From the IMG/VR virus record IMGVR_UViG_3300042290_000472: a stretch of DNA of 64,000 nt. The stretch is one strand, 5' to 3'. Made by a program: the position numbers and the translations under genes. The DNA comes from an uncultured virus (IMG/VR IMGVR_UViG_3300042290_000472) (lineage: Duplodnaviria; Heunggongvirae; Uroviricota; Caudoviricetes). The notes below the pieces were generated by a model, which searched no databases, had not been told where the DNA came from, and saw nothing but the letters and a program-made list of their open reading frames with translations. Positions 1 through 10,000 of the stretch are shown piece after piece. The number at the start of each line of letters is the position of its first letter. Within the stretch, counting starts at the first letter, position 1.

Positions 1-62
1 AAACACATTACCTGACGAACCGGGCGCGGTTCGTTTGTAGAAAACCAGCATAGGAGTGCAAC

Positions 63-386
63 ATGAGTTTGATGAACAGTGTATTTGGCGGGGCCTACCC
101 CGGATCGCAGGCGGACTACGAGGAGCAATACGCAACGCAACAAGGACTGGGGGGCATGAAACAAAAACGGCCAAGGTTCAACCCCAACGAGATTGAGGCG
201 TTTAACGTCCCGCTGGCGCAACTTGTCACGTTGTGGCGGATCAAGCACGGGGATGCGTGGTACGACGCAGACCGTCCTCGACCAGAACCCGGCAAAGACT
301 TCTACACGGACGCTTTTGACCGTTTGAACAAAGCCAACATGTTTGAGATGTTTGAAGGCTGGTATCGTTTGAAAGAAGACGCGTAA
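63..386 (+). CDS. hypothetical phage protein
   Basis: 107-aa ORF with GGAG RBS; stop overlaps helicase start (TAATG). Confidence 0.7.
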   Translation: MSLMNSVFGGAYPGSQADYEEQYATQQGLGGMKQKRPRFNPNEIEAFNVPLAQLVTLWRIKHGDAWYDADRPRPEPGKDFYTDAFDRLNKANMFEMFEGWYRLKEDA

Positions 387-1948
387 TGCAGATCATTGAC
401 AACAAGGCGCTGGTGGTGCGCACACGCAACCCACACAAGTACAGCGTCATCCCAAAACACAAAGTGCTCTCTGAGCACGACGGCACATATGAAGTGGCCG
501 TGTACTGGGGACTGGACGAGATGCGCGTGCTGCGCAACCTCGGCGTGAAAAACGCACCATCCCCCATCACACGCAAGTACGCATGGCCCGGCCGATACAA
601 GCCGATGGATCACCAAGTCGACACAGCCAGCTTCCTCACGCTGTACCGCCGCGCATTCTGTTTCAACGATCCCGGCACCGGCAAGACGCTGAGCGCACTG
701 TGGGCAGCGGACTACCTCATGAAGCGCGGTGACGTGCGGCGTGTGTTGATCCTGTGCCCCCTGTCGATCATGCACAGCGCGTGGATGGGTGACATCAACA
801 GCAGCATCATCCACCGCTCCGCTGTGGTGGCCCACCATGCGCAGGCATCGCGCCGCATTGAGATGATCCAGAAGAACTACGAGATCGTCATTGCCAACTA
901 TGACGGCCTGAACCTGATCGCCAACGAGATCAATGCAGATGGTCGCTTCGATCTGGTCATCGTAGACGAAGCCAACGCGTACAAGAACCCGGGCACGCGG
1001 CGCTGGAAGGCGCTGAACTCGATCCTCAAGCCCGAGACGTACCTGTGGATGATGACGGGCACACCGGCCTCGCAGTCACCCGTGGATGCGTACGGCTTGG
1101 CCAAGCTGGTGAACCCCGGTGGCGTGCCCAAGTTCTTCACGGCGTGGCGCGACAAGGTGATGAACAAGCTGACCATGTTCAAGTGGGCAGCCAAGCCCGA
1201 TGCACGCGACACAGTGTTCAGCGCCTTGCAGCCAGCAATACGTTTCACAAAAGCGCAGTGCCTTGACTTGCCCCCGGTGTTGACCGTGACGCGTGAAGTG
1301 CCGATGACCCCGCAGCAGAACAAGTATTACAAGATGCTCAAGGAGCAGCTCATGGTGCGCGCAGCGGGTGAGACGATCAGCGCCGTCAATGCGGGTGTGG
1401 CCGTCAACAAGCTGTTGCAGATTTCGTGCGGCGCGGCATATACCGACGACAAAGAAGTTGTGGAGTTCGACGCAGGCCCGCGCTTGAGCGTGCTGGAGGA
1501 GGTGCTGGAGGAGACGGACCGCAAGGTCATCATCTTCGCGCTGTTTCGCAGCAGCATCGACACCATCGTGCGCCACCTGACCAAGAAGGGTTACGGCGTC
1601 GAGCAAATCCACGGCGACGTGAACGCGTCCAAACGTGGGCGCATCATCCACGACTTCCAGAACACGCCCACCATCCAAGTGCTGGTCATGCAGCCTGCGG
1701 CCACTGCCCACGGCATTACCTTAACGGCAGCTGACACGGTGGTGTTCTTTGGCCCGCTCATGAGCGTGGAGCAATACATCCAGTGCATCGCCCGAGCCGA
1801 CCGCAAGGGGCAGGACTCCGACAAAGTCACCGTGGTGCACATCGAGTCGAGCCCCATCGAGAAGAAACTTTTTGGGGCCATGAAAACCAAGGTTTCTGAC
1901 AACACGTTGCTGGTTGGCTTGTTCGACAGCGAAGTAAAAAATTCTTGA
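386..1948 (+). CDS. SNF2-family (SF2) DNA helicase
   Basis: Motif I DPGTGKT, motif II VDEA, motif III MTGTP, C-terminal HGITLTAA and QCIARADRKGQ. Confidence 0.92.
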   Translation: MQIIDNKALVVRTRNPHKYSVIPKHKVLSEHDGTYEVAVYWGLDEMRVLRNLGVKNAPSPITRKYAWPGRYKPMDHQVDTASFLTLYRRAFCFNDPGTGKTLSALWAADYLMKRGDVRRVLILCPLSIMHSAWMGDINSSIIHRSAVVAHHAQASRRIEMIQKNYEIVIANYDGLNLIANEINADGRFDLVIVDEANAYKNPGTRRWKALNSILKPETYLWMMTGTPASQSPVDAYGLAKLVNPGGVPKFFTAWRDKVMNKLTMFKWAAKPDARDTVFSALQPAIRFTKAQCLDLPPVLTVTREVPMTPQQNKYYKMLKEQLMVRAAGETISAVNAGVAVNKLLQISCGAAYTDDKEVVEFDAGPRLSVLEEVLEETDRKVIIFALFRSSIDTIVRHLTKKGYGVEQIHGDVNASKRGRIIHDFQNTPTIQVLVMQPAATAHGITLTAADTVVFFGPLMSVEQYIQCIARADRKGQDSDKVTVVHIESSPIEKKLFGAMKTKVSDNTLLVGLFDSEVKNS

Positions 1949-1957
1949 AGAAAGGAG

Positions 1958-1985
1958 TTGCATGCGAAAAAAACACATGTATGAT
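1958..1985 (+). promoter_or_regulatory. possible sigma70-like promoter
   Basis: TTGCAT-16 bp-TATGAT in an AT-rich gap upstream of 2029. Confidence 0.35.
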
Positions 1986-2028
1986 GTCAAATCTTAGACA
2001 AACCCCCCACCGCTTTTAGGAGAAGCAA

Positions 2029-2496
2029 ATGACTGAAATAGACGACGAAGCACCCACCGCAAGCACCACGGCCGAGCGCCGAGCTGAAGCCGAAGCATTG
2101 GCCGCTGTCCCCATGGACAGACTGGCCAAGGTGTACCGCAAGATGGCTGCCAAGATTCAGGAACTGACCACTGAATACGACGCGGCAGTCGAAGAAATCA
2201 AACGCCAACAAGACGCTGTGAAGACGGCGCTCAAGGATCAGATGCTCGTGATGGGTGTCAGCTCCGTGCGCACCGAGAACGGCACTGTGGTGTTGTCCAC
2301 CAAGACACGCTACAACACACAAGACTGGGACTCGTTCAAAGAGTTCATCAAAGAGCACGACGCCATCGACTTGTTGGAGAAGCGCATTGCGCAGACCAAC
2401 ATGGGCACGTTCTTGGAAGAGAACCCCGGTGTTGTCCCGCCCGGTCTCAACTCGATGACCGAGTACGCAATCAGTGTGCGCAAGCCCACAAAGTAA
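2029..2496 (+). CDS. conserved phage replication-region protein (coiled coil)
   Basis: 155 aa, AGGAGAAGCAA RBS, lies between helicase and SSB-like gene. Confidence 0.75.
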   Translation: MTEIDDEAPTASTTAERRAEAEALAAVPMDRLAKVYRKMAAKIQELTTEYDAAVEEIKRQQDAVKTALKDQMLVMGVSSVRTENGTVVLSTKTRYNTQDWDSFKEFIKEHDAIDLLEKRIAQTNMGTFLEENPGVVPPGLNSMTEYAISVRKPTK

Positions 2497-2516
2497 ATTT
2501 CAACAGGAGAATCAAA

Positions 2517-3497
2517 GTGAGTAACGTAACGCTCTTCAACCCTTCCCAAGTCCCCGCTTTTGCCAAAGCGCGTGGTGAACTGTCGGCCATGGCCAAAGCC
2601 CTTGCGGGTGGTGGCGGTGGTGGCCCTCGCATCTCCATCAAAGGCGGCGTGTTTCGCTTGATAAACAACGGCAAAGAAGTTGCTGCCATCGACGAGCGCT
2701 ATCTCGACGTGGTGGTCGTCAACGCTGCGCCCAAGGTGTCTCGCGTGTTCTACATGGCCAAGTACGATGCTGAGAACCCAGCACCTCCAGACTGCTGGTC
2801 GGCTGACGGCGAGAAGCCAAGCCCTGACAGCGAGAACAAGCAAGCCTCGACCTGCTCCGAGTGCCCACAGAACATTGCTGGTTCTGGCCAAGGCCAAAGC
2901 CGTGCATGCCGCTACCAACAGCGTCTGGCTGTCGTGCTGGCCAATGACCAAGAAGGTGATGTGCTGCAACTGGCGCTGCCTGCGACTTCGATCTTCGGCA
3001 AAGAGACTGGCGACAACCGCCCACTGCAAGCGTACGCTCGCTACTTGGCCGCACAGAACATTGACCCGTCCGAAGTTGTGACGCGCATGAAGTTCGACAC
3101 AGCGTCCGAGTCGCCCAAGCTGTTCTTCAAGGCCATGCGCTGGTTGACCGACGACGAGTATCCGAACATCAAGGAGCAAGGCGCTTCCGACGACGCCATC
3201 AAGGCGATCACCATGAGCGTGGCCAAGATGGACAACGTGTCCAAGCCTGCCGATCCAAGCATTGGCGGTGAGCGCCCTGCAGCAAGCAAGGCCAAGGCCG
3301 AGGCAGCGCCCGCAGCAGATGCAGACGAAGCCCCAGCTCCACCACCCAAGGCCAAAGCGAAAGCCAAGCCCAAGGCGGAGCCGGTTGCCGAAGAACCAGA
3401 AGAGCCAGTCGTGCGCACGGAAGAGAAGAAGCCGAGCGCTGTGCCAGCAGCCAAGTCCAACTTGGCTTCCATGGTCGATGACTGGGACGACGAGTAA
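2517..3497 (+). CDS. putative ssDNA-binding/annealing protein
   Basis: GTG start with AGGAG RBS; Cys cluster (CWS..CSECP..C), Pro/Ala/Lys linker and acidic tail DDWDDE typical of phage SSB-like proteins. Confidence 0.6.
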   Translation: MSNVTLFNPSQVPAFAKARGELSAMAKALAGGGGGGPRISIKGGVFRLINNGKEVAAIDERYLDVVVVNAAPKVSRVFYMAKYDAENPAPPDCWSADGEKPSPDSENKQASTCSECPQNIAGSGQGQSRACRYQQRLAVVLANDQEGDVLQLALPATSIFGKETGDNRPLQAYARYLAAQNIDPSEVVTRMKFDTASESPKLFFKAMRWLTDDEYPNIKEQGASDDAIKAITMSVAKMDNVSKPADPSIGGERPAASKAKAEAAPAADADEAPAPPPKAKAKAKPKAEPVAEEPEEPVVRTEEKKPSAVPAAKSNLASMVDDWDDE

Positions 3498-3504
3498 TTA
3501 AATC

Positions 3505-3570
3505 GGGGGGAAAGCGGATGCTGGTGCAACGATCTCATACGGTCCACGGCCAGACGCAGCGAGTACCCCC
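3505..3570 (+). ncRNA. candidate structured RNA hairpin with loop-E-like motif
   Basis: GGGGG/CCCCC closing stem, GAA opposite AGUA, inner CUGGU/GCCAG helix; fills the intergenic gap. Confidence 0.45.
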
Positions 3571-3581
3571 ACCTAAACACC

Positions 3582-3860
3582 ATGGCATATTCCCAACAAG
3601 TGATTGACGCGGTTCAGAGCGCCCCCAAGACGCTGGGCAACCAGCTTGGGCGCTGGGCCGTGTATCTCAACTTCCCCGTGACCAAGATTTCTGAGCTGAC
3701 CGGCGTGTCTCGTCAGACGATCTACAACTGGTTCAGCGGCGGCGAAGTCTTCGTGGCGTACCGACCAACGGTGACGTCTCTCGTTCAAATTTTGCAGTCT
3801 TCCGGCACGGCCGAGGAGGCATGGAGTAAAGCATGCAAGGCATTCGACCACAACAGCTGA
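3582..3860 (+). CDS. helix-turn-helix DNA-binding protein
   Basis: VTKISELTGVSRQTIYNWF is an XRE/Cro-like HTH. Confidence 0.8.
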   Translation: MAYSQQVIDAVQSAPKTLGNQLGRWAVYLNFPVTKISELTGVSRQTIYNWFSGGEVFVAYRPTVTSLVQILQSSGTAEEAWSKACKAFDHNS

Positions 3861-3973
3861 CCGACCAAGAGCTTCTGGACTACGCGCACCTGACCGGTTA
3901 CGACAAGCTGTCCCCAGAGTGGGCAGAGGAAATCTGCAAGCGCTTCGAGGCGTTGCTGGACGACGGCAAGTAA
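3833..3973 (+). CDS. small hypothetical protein (46 aa; not in ORF track)
   Basis: MQGIRPQQLTDQELLDYAHL...DDGK*; GGAG upstream; fills the gap to the primase gene. Confidence 0.55.
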   Translation: MQGIRPQQLTDQELLDYAHLTGYDKLSPEWAEEICKRFEALLDDGK

Positions 3974-3991
3974 CCCAACCCAAGGATTTTT

Positions 3992-6946
3992 ATGACACCG
4001 CTGGATTTCTTAGCGGCTGTTCTGCCGTCCCCGGGCCACGGGTACTATTGCGCGGCCGAATTGAGCACAACAAAGAAGGAGCACAAGTATGCAGAAGACA
4101 TCGAGGGGCTGGACCCCGCCATAAACAAGTGGCACGGCGCAAACAAGGACGTCTACTTCGCGCTGGCCACGTTTGAGAAGACCGGCTCACGCTTGGCAGA
4201 CAACGCGCAATTCGTGAAGGCCTTGTTTGTTGACATGGACGGGTACGCGTCCAAGAAGGCCGCAGCATTGGCGCTCAGCGCGTTTCTGGACAAGACCGGC
4301 TTGGCCGCGCTGGGCACCCCGTGGGTAGTGGGTTCGGGCGGTGGGCTGCACTGCTACTGGCCGCTGGACAAAGAGGTCGACATCACCTCTTGGAAACCTG
4401 TTGCTGAGAACTTCAAGCGGCTGTGCAAGCAGGAAGACCTGCGCATCGACATGACGGTGACAGCCGACTCAGCCCGCGTGCTGCGCGTGCCGGGCACCAC
4501 CAATTTCAAGAAGAAGTACGACACGCCCCGCCCTGTGAAGCTCATGAGCACGGGAGGCATTTTTTCGCTGGAGGCAATGGGAACACTCATCAATGCCGTT
4601 CTGGTGCCCGAAATGCAAGCGCCAAAGTTCGAGGCCATTCCCGGACGTCGACTCAAGCGTGAGCCCAACGCAGCGCAAGTCAAGCTCATGCAGAACAGCG
4701 TGACGCTGTTTGAAAACATCCACGCCCGCACCGAGGCTGGCGTTGGCTGCGCGCAGTTGGCCAACTACATTGCCAACCCCAAGGAAGACGGCCTTGAGCC
4801 AATATGGCGCGGGCTGCTTTCGTGGACCAAAGTTTGTGAGGACGGCGAAGACTGGTCCAAGTGGTTGAGCGACCTGCACCCCTACCCCGCCGAGCGCATG
4901 CGCCAGAAGCTGGCCGAGATCAAAGGGCCGTACCCCTGCACGAAGATGGACGGCGAGAACCCGGGGCTGTGCAACAGCTGCCCACACTTCGGCAAGATCA
5001 CCAACCCGCTGGCGCTCGGGCGTGAACTCAAGACCGACAACACCGAGAAAGACATCCCGCTTGCGCCGCCGCACCACGACAGCATGCAGGAAGACGTGGA
5101 CGCCATGTTCGACCTGACCGAAGTGGCCAGCGAAGTGGGCGGCGAAACCCCCCATCAAATTGTCAGACGGCCCAAGCCCCCGCGCGGGTTCTCGTACGGC
5201 ACCAACGGCGGCGTGTACTGCGATCGCATGGTGGACAACGACGATGGCACCAAGTCCAAGAAACAGGTGCAGATACTTGCGTACGACTTGTTTGTGGTTG
5301 ATATGCTGCGCCAAGAGGCCGACTACGTGGTGCACCTGATCGCGTTGCGCCCGGACGGGGCCAAGAACATCATGCTGCCCAGCAAGTGTGTGGTGTCCAA
5401 GGACGAGACCGTGAAGTTTCTGGCAAGCCAGAACGTCATCGCCAGCTTTGGCAAAGGTAATGACGCCAACCTGTTCGACTACGTCAGGGCCTGCGTTGAA
5501 GAAGCGTCTCTGTCCAAGCGAGCGGTGGACGTGCCGCAGCAAGCGGGCTGGCAAAAGGACGGCTCGTTCGTCTACAACTACAGGGTGTTCACCAAGGATG
5601 GCCGTGAGCTGACCGTCCCCATGCCCGGGCTGGAGAACATCAACAGCAACACGGGCAGCGCTGGGACCATGGATGGCTGGCGCGAGTTCTGGGCGCTGCT
5701 GGCGCGGCGCAAGATGCACACCATGCTGGCCATGTGCTTGGACAGCTTCGGCTGCCCGCTGCTGCACTTCTCGGAGTACGAGGGCTTCGTGTGGCACATC
5801 GGCTCCACCGAGTCAGGAACGGGTAAGTCACTCACGCTGAGCGCCAAGGCGGGCGTCTGGGGGCACCCAATCCACTACCGCACCAGCAAGGGCACCTCCC
5901 CCGTGGCACTGCAACAACGCGCTGGCCTGCTCAACAGCATGCCCCTGCTGATCGACGAAATCACCGGCAAGCAACGCGCTGATCTGGAGTGGGCCCCCGG
6001 GTTCATTTTTGACGTGACTGAGGGCAAAGGCAAGGAGCGCATGGAGTCCGGGGCCAACAAGGAGCGGATCAACAACAGCACGTGGAAGCTCTCGTGCACC
6101 ATGACCTCCAACACCCACCTGACCGACTACATGTCAGGAGCCCGTAAGCACAGCTCCAACGGCGAGCTACTGCGCATGCTGGAGTGGACGCCCAACAAAG
6201 CGTTGGTGTTCTCGGACGACGAGCGCGGCGTGCTCAAGAACATCAAGACCAACTACGGCGTTGCGGGTGAGGCTTGGGTCCGCTGGATGGTGACGCACCA
6301 GACAGAGTGCGCTGAGATGTGGCAACGTGTGCATGCGAAGCTCAAGGCGCGTATGGAGTTCGACGATGACGAGCGGTACTGGCACACCGGGTGCACCTCC
6401 ATCATCACGGCAGCTGTGTTGATGGGTCCCAAGTACGCCAACATTCTGGCCGTGCCCATCGAGGGCGTCACAGAGGCGCTGTACGACATGGTCAAGAAGG
6501 CCCGGGGCGTTTTGCGGCGCAACGTGCGCACGGCGGAAGACGTGCTCAACGCGTATACCCGAGACAACTACGGCAGCTTCATTGTCATCCGCAAGATGGA
6601 GGGCAAGAGCTTGCTGGCCACGTGGGGCGATGGCCGGGACACCCGAGACACCTCGATCACGCGCAGCAAGGTGCTGGGGCGTATTGAGCATGCCACGCTG
6701 CAGCCCGGGTACGTTGAGTACTTCATTGAGGAACAACTGCTCAAGCAGCATTGCGTGTCCATGAGCTTCGGCTACACGGACTTCAAGAAGCAGCTTGAGG
6801 CACAGTTCAAGGTGACGTACACCAAGAAAGACATGCTGGCCCGGACCAATGGCCCGACCATGCGCGTCAACGTAATGCACGTGAGCCGCCCAGCGGACAG
6901 CGTCGATGAAGACAAACTATCCGTGGACGACCCTGAAGCCGGGTGA
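3992..6946 (+). CDS. primase-helicase fusion (RepB/AEP-like primase + DUF927 + NTPase)
   Basis: FVDMD, SGGGLHCYW and RVLRVPGT primase motifs; C..C.SC cluster; Walker A ESGTGKS; Walker B LLIDE. Confidence 0.85.
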   Translation: MTPLDFLAAVLPSPGHGYYCAAELSTTKKEHKYAEDIEGLDPAINKWHGANKDVYFALATFEKTGSRLADNAQFVKALFVDMDGYASKKAAALALSAFLDKTGLAALGTPWVVGSGGGLHCYWPLDKEVDITSWKPVAENFKRLCKQEDLRIDMTVTADSARVLRVPGTTNFKKKYDTPRPVKLMSTGGIFSLEAMGTLINAVLVPEMQAPKFEAIPGRRLKREPNAAQVKLMQNSVTLFENIHARTEAGVGCAQLANYIANPKEDGLEPIWRGLLSWTKVCEDGEDWSKWLSDLHPYPAERMRQKLAEIKGPYPCTKMDGENPGLCNSCPHFGKITNPLALGRELKTDNTEKDIPLAPPHHDSMQEDVDAMFDLTEVASEVGGETPHQIVRRPKPPRGFSYGTNGGVYCDRMVDNDDGTKSKKQVQILAYDLFVVDMLRQEADYVVHLIALRPDGAKNIMLPSKCVVSKDETVKFLASQNVIASFGKGNDANLFDYVRACVEEASLSKRAVDVPQQAGWQKDGSFVYNYRVFTKDGRELTVPMPGLENINSNTGSAGTMDGWREFWALLARRKMHTMLAMCLDSFGCPLLHFSEYEGFVWHIGSTESGTGKSLTLSAKAGVWGHPIHYRTSKGTSPVALQQRAGLLNSMPLLIDEITGKQRADLEWAPGFIFDVTEGKGKERMESGANKERINNSTWKLSCTMTSNTHLTDYMSGARKHSSNGELLRMLEWTPNKALVFSDDERGVLKNIKTNYGVAGEAWVRWMVTHQTECAEMWQRVHAKLKARMEFDDDERYWHTGCTSIITAAVLMGPKYANILAVPIEGVTEALYDMVKKARGVLRRNVRTAEDVLNAYTRDNYGSFIVIRKMEGKSLLATWGDGRDTRDTSITRSKVLGRIEHATLQPGYVEYFIEEQLLKQHCVSMSFGYTDFKKQLEAQFKVTYTKKDMLARTNGPTMRVNVMHVSRPADSVDEDKLSVDDPEAG

Positions 6947-7097
6947 GGGCTTCTTCGTACCGGCCATTGATACGGAGAAAGCCCGAGAACTCGGGTTGCG
7001 CTCAGCGGTAGCTCAGCGCCTCCGTATCAAGACCGTGGCCGTCATCAAGGACGGGATGCTTGGGGTTTGGTTTTACCGCCCTCCCAAGCAGCCTTAG
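6906..7097 (+). CDS. small hypothetical protein
   Basis: 63 aa with YPWTTLKPGEGFFVP motif; last gene of the + operon, convergent with the giant gene. Confidence 0.6.
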   Translation: MKTNYPWTTLKPGEGFFVPAIDTEKARELGLRSAVAQRLRIKTVAVIKDGMLGVWFYRPPKQP

Positions 7098-10000
7098 TCC
7101 GCGCCTTGCCGCGCCTCAATTGCCCGCTGCATCTTGATAAACGCCTCCGCCCGGCCCTGTCTGGCCTTGTCCAGCTCGTCCAAGCGCAAGCGCTTCTCTT
7201 CTGGCGTCAGGTCGTTGCGCCCCTGTGTGCGGCGAACGTCTTCGTTGATGCGGCCGATCACTTGACGGTACTGCCCGGCGGCGGGGGCCATGGCCAGCTC
7301 GACGCGGTGCTTGTCGCGGTACTCAACCGCTTCTTCCCTACGACCGCTCTTGAGTATGTCGTTGAAGGTGTTGCGAGTTTGCAGGATTTCATCGACTTCG
7401 CGGAACACCACGTCGGCATCTGCGCCGCCGTATTTCTTCTGGAAAGCTGTGCCCACAAGCGGCAGGTCCGACGCACGGCCTGCAGGCTTCTCGCCCTTGT
7501 CTTCACGCGCAAACAAGTTGTTGGCAGCGGCCACGGCAGCCAGAGGCATCACGCCAAAGTAACCGCGCACAATGTGCTCGATCTGGATGGGCGACAGGAG
7601 CGGCACAGCCTTGCTCATCTGCTTGGCCAGCTCTGTGGTGGTGGCAAGGTAGCGCTCTTCTGTGTCGAGGCCCTGCAAACGCAAGGACTCGACTGCGCCA
7701 CCGGTCAAGAAGTTTTTGTTGGACCACACCTCAAACGCAGGCTTGACAATCTGCGGCACGAACGCGGACGAGTAGCCGGGGATAGAACCCAAAAACAGAT
7801 CGCGGATGGCTTGCCACTGCGCCTTGCCGTCGGTCTCGGCACGCATGCTGTCCACAGCCGCCACAGCCAGCGAGAAGAAGTAGCCTGCTTCAAACGGGAT
7901 CGGCAGCTTCAGTGGCTCGTCCACGCCGGGGATTGGCATGAAGAAGTTGGAGTACTTGTCCCGTGGGCGTGCGTTGCGGAAGGTCTCGTCGTCTTCCATG
8001 GCCATGGCGTATGCCACACCAGTAAAAGTCAACAGAAGCGCGTTGTTGAGGAACTTGCGCTTGATCTCTTGCTGCTCTTCAAACGGCATGTTGCCGCGTG
8101 CGGCTTTGACCAACACGTTCAGGCCCTGAATCTGTGCGTTGAAGAACGGGATCAGGCGGCTGGCGTACTGCAAGGTGGGAGACAGCCCCCGCTTGTAGAA
8201 GTTCATCGACTCCATCGTGGCCATGTCAGCCTCGACTTCGGACAACCCGCTGGCTTCAGCGTTCTTGAGCACCAGCGCCAGTGTGGCGGCGTCAGCCCGC
8301 ATGGCGTAGCGGTCGGCTGCAGCAAACACTTTTTCCCATGCGCTCTGGTCTTTGCCGCTGGCAAGCTGGAGCGCCATCTTCTTCATGTCCGACATGTCGC
8401 CTGCGAAGATGTTGGACTGGATCAAACCCTTCTCAACCAGCTTGGCCTGCGCGTCACTGCTGCCAGCGCTCATGCGCAAGAACTCAGCGCCCGCCTTGAA
8501 GACAGAGGAGAACGCGTTCGACTCCAAGCCGCCGGTAAACGAAGCGGCCATGGGTTCGCGCAGCAGCTTGCGGGCAATGTACAAGGGTGTGCGGGTTACG
8601 CCAGCACGCAACCAGTCGGCAGCAATACCGCCCAATTTAAAGAAGCCGGGCAACGCAAGGCTCGCGCCTTCCAGACTCTGCACAACCAGTTCGGCGGGGA
8701 TGCCCTCGGCAAGCGTGCCCTCGGTGTCCACGATGATGTGGCGCTTGCCGTCGTCTTTTGGGTCACTTGGGTCTGGCTCTTGGTAGAACCGGATGACTTT
8801 GGCATCGTCAGGGCCAAACCCCTTCTTGATGGCCATTACGTTCGAGGGTTTGCCTGTCTTTGGGTCGACAGGGCCTTTGCCTTTGCCCAGCGCCTGCAGG
8901 CCGTACGCCACGCTCTTGGCAGCGTTGTTGGTCAGCGCCATGTCTGTTAACAGCAGCGTGTTGCGCTGGATGGCTTCGTTTAGCGGCAACAGTTTTGTGT
9001 CGCCGCCCTTGAGTTCTGCAAGGTATGGCTGACGGCGAATGTCGCCCACGTTGAACTTGACGTTGTTGTTGAACACCAAGTCGGCTTTGCCGTTTTTGTC
9101 CACGCGGTAGAAAGGCACGTAGTCGCCTTCCTTGAGCAAGTCCGCCGCTTCTTTTTTGGTAATACGTTGCGTGCTGGCAAGAAACTCAATCATGCCTTTG
9201 TTGTACGCGCTGTACTTGCGGCGCACGTTCTCCAGCGCAGATTTCAAGGCAGGGTTGGCTTCGGCTGCGGCCAAGGCAGCGTCCAAGTCTGCTTGCTTCA
9301 GCTCCATCGCCCCCAAGTCCAGCTTGGGCAAACCCTTGTTGTTGGCACGAACTGCAACCAAATACGTTTGCGCAAGATCGGTTTTCAGCTGCGGGTTGTC
9401 CACAGGGATGTCGGAAATAGCATCAAACACTTCCCGGGCGCTGTTCTGGTTTGAGCTGCGGTAGCCAGTCAGCCCCTTGGAGTCTTTGTACGCCACCAGC
9501 GGGCCGCTGTTCATCACGGTGAACATCTGCGCCATCTTCTGCTCAGCTTTGCGCACGTGGTACATGGCCTGAGTGAACAAAGTGTCGTCACCAAACTTGA
9601 GTGTGTCGCGCAGGCCCGCACGCATATCCACGCCCTGCATTTCAAGCTGCAGCGCAAGGTTGCTGCCAAGCTTTTCCTTGAGCGTCTTGGGCTGTGCAAT
9701 GATTTTCTTCGACAGCGACTCCAGTGCGTCGGCGGGGGCACCGCGAGAGAACAGCAAGGTTCCGGCACCGGGACGGCCTTTGCCTGCGGCCGGACCGACA
9801 GGCTTAAGATTTATACCAAGAATCTCTGGCGCTTGGTCAATGTACGCACGCTCAACAAATTTCCCGCGCTCGTTGTTTTGTTCGATGGCATCAATCCCTG
9901 CAGCCTTTAGAAGCTCCGTGGTTTTCTTGATGCCTACTTTTTCCCGCATGCTAAAAAACACCGTGTTGGCGGGATACGAGCCTGTTTCTTTAGCGGTACG

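Noticed and set aside
7067..8950. Long opposite-strand ORFs (also 4469-5797, 17753-19138, 33573-34760, 43809-45179)
   Set aside because: Antisense shadows of GC-rich genes; no RBS or recognisable motifs
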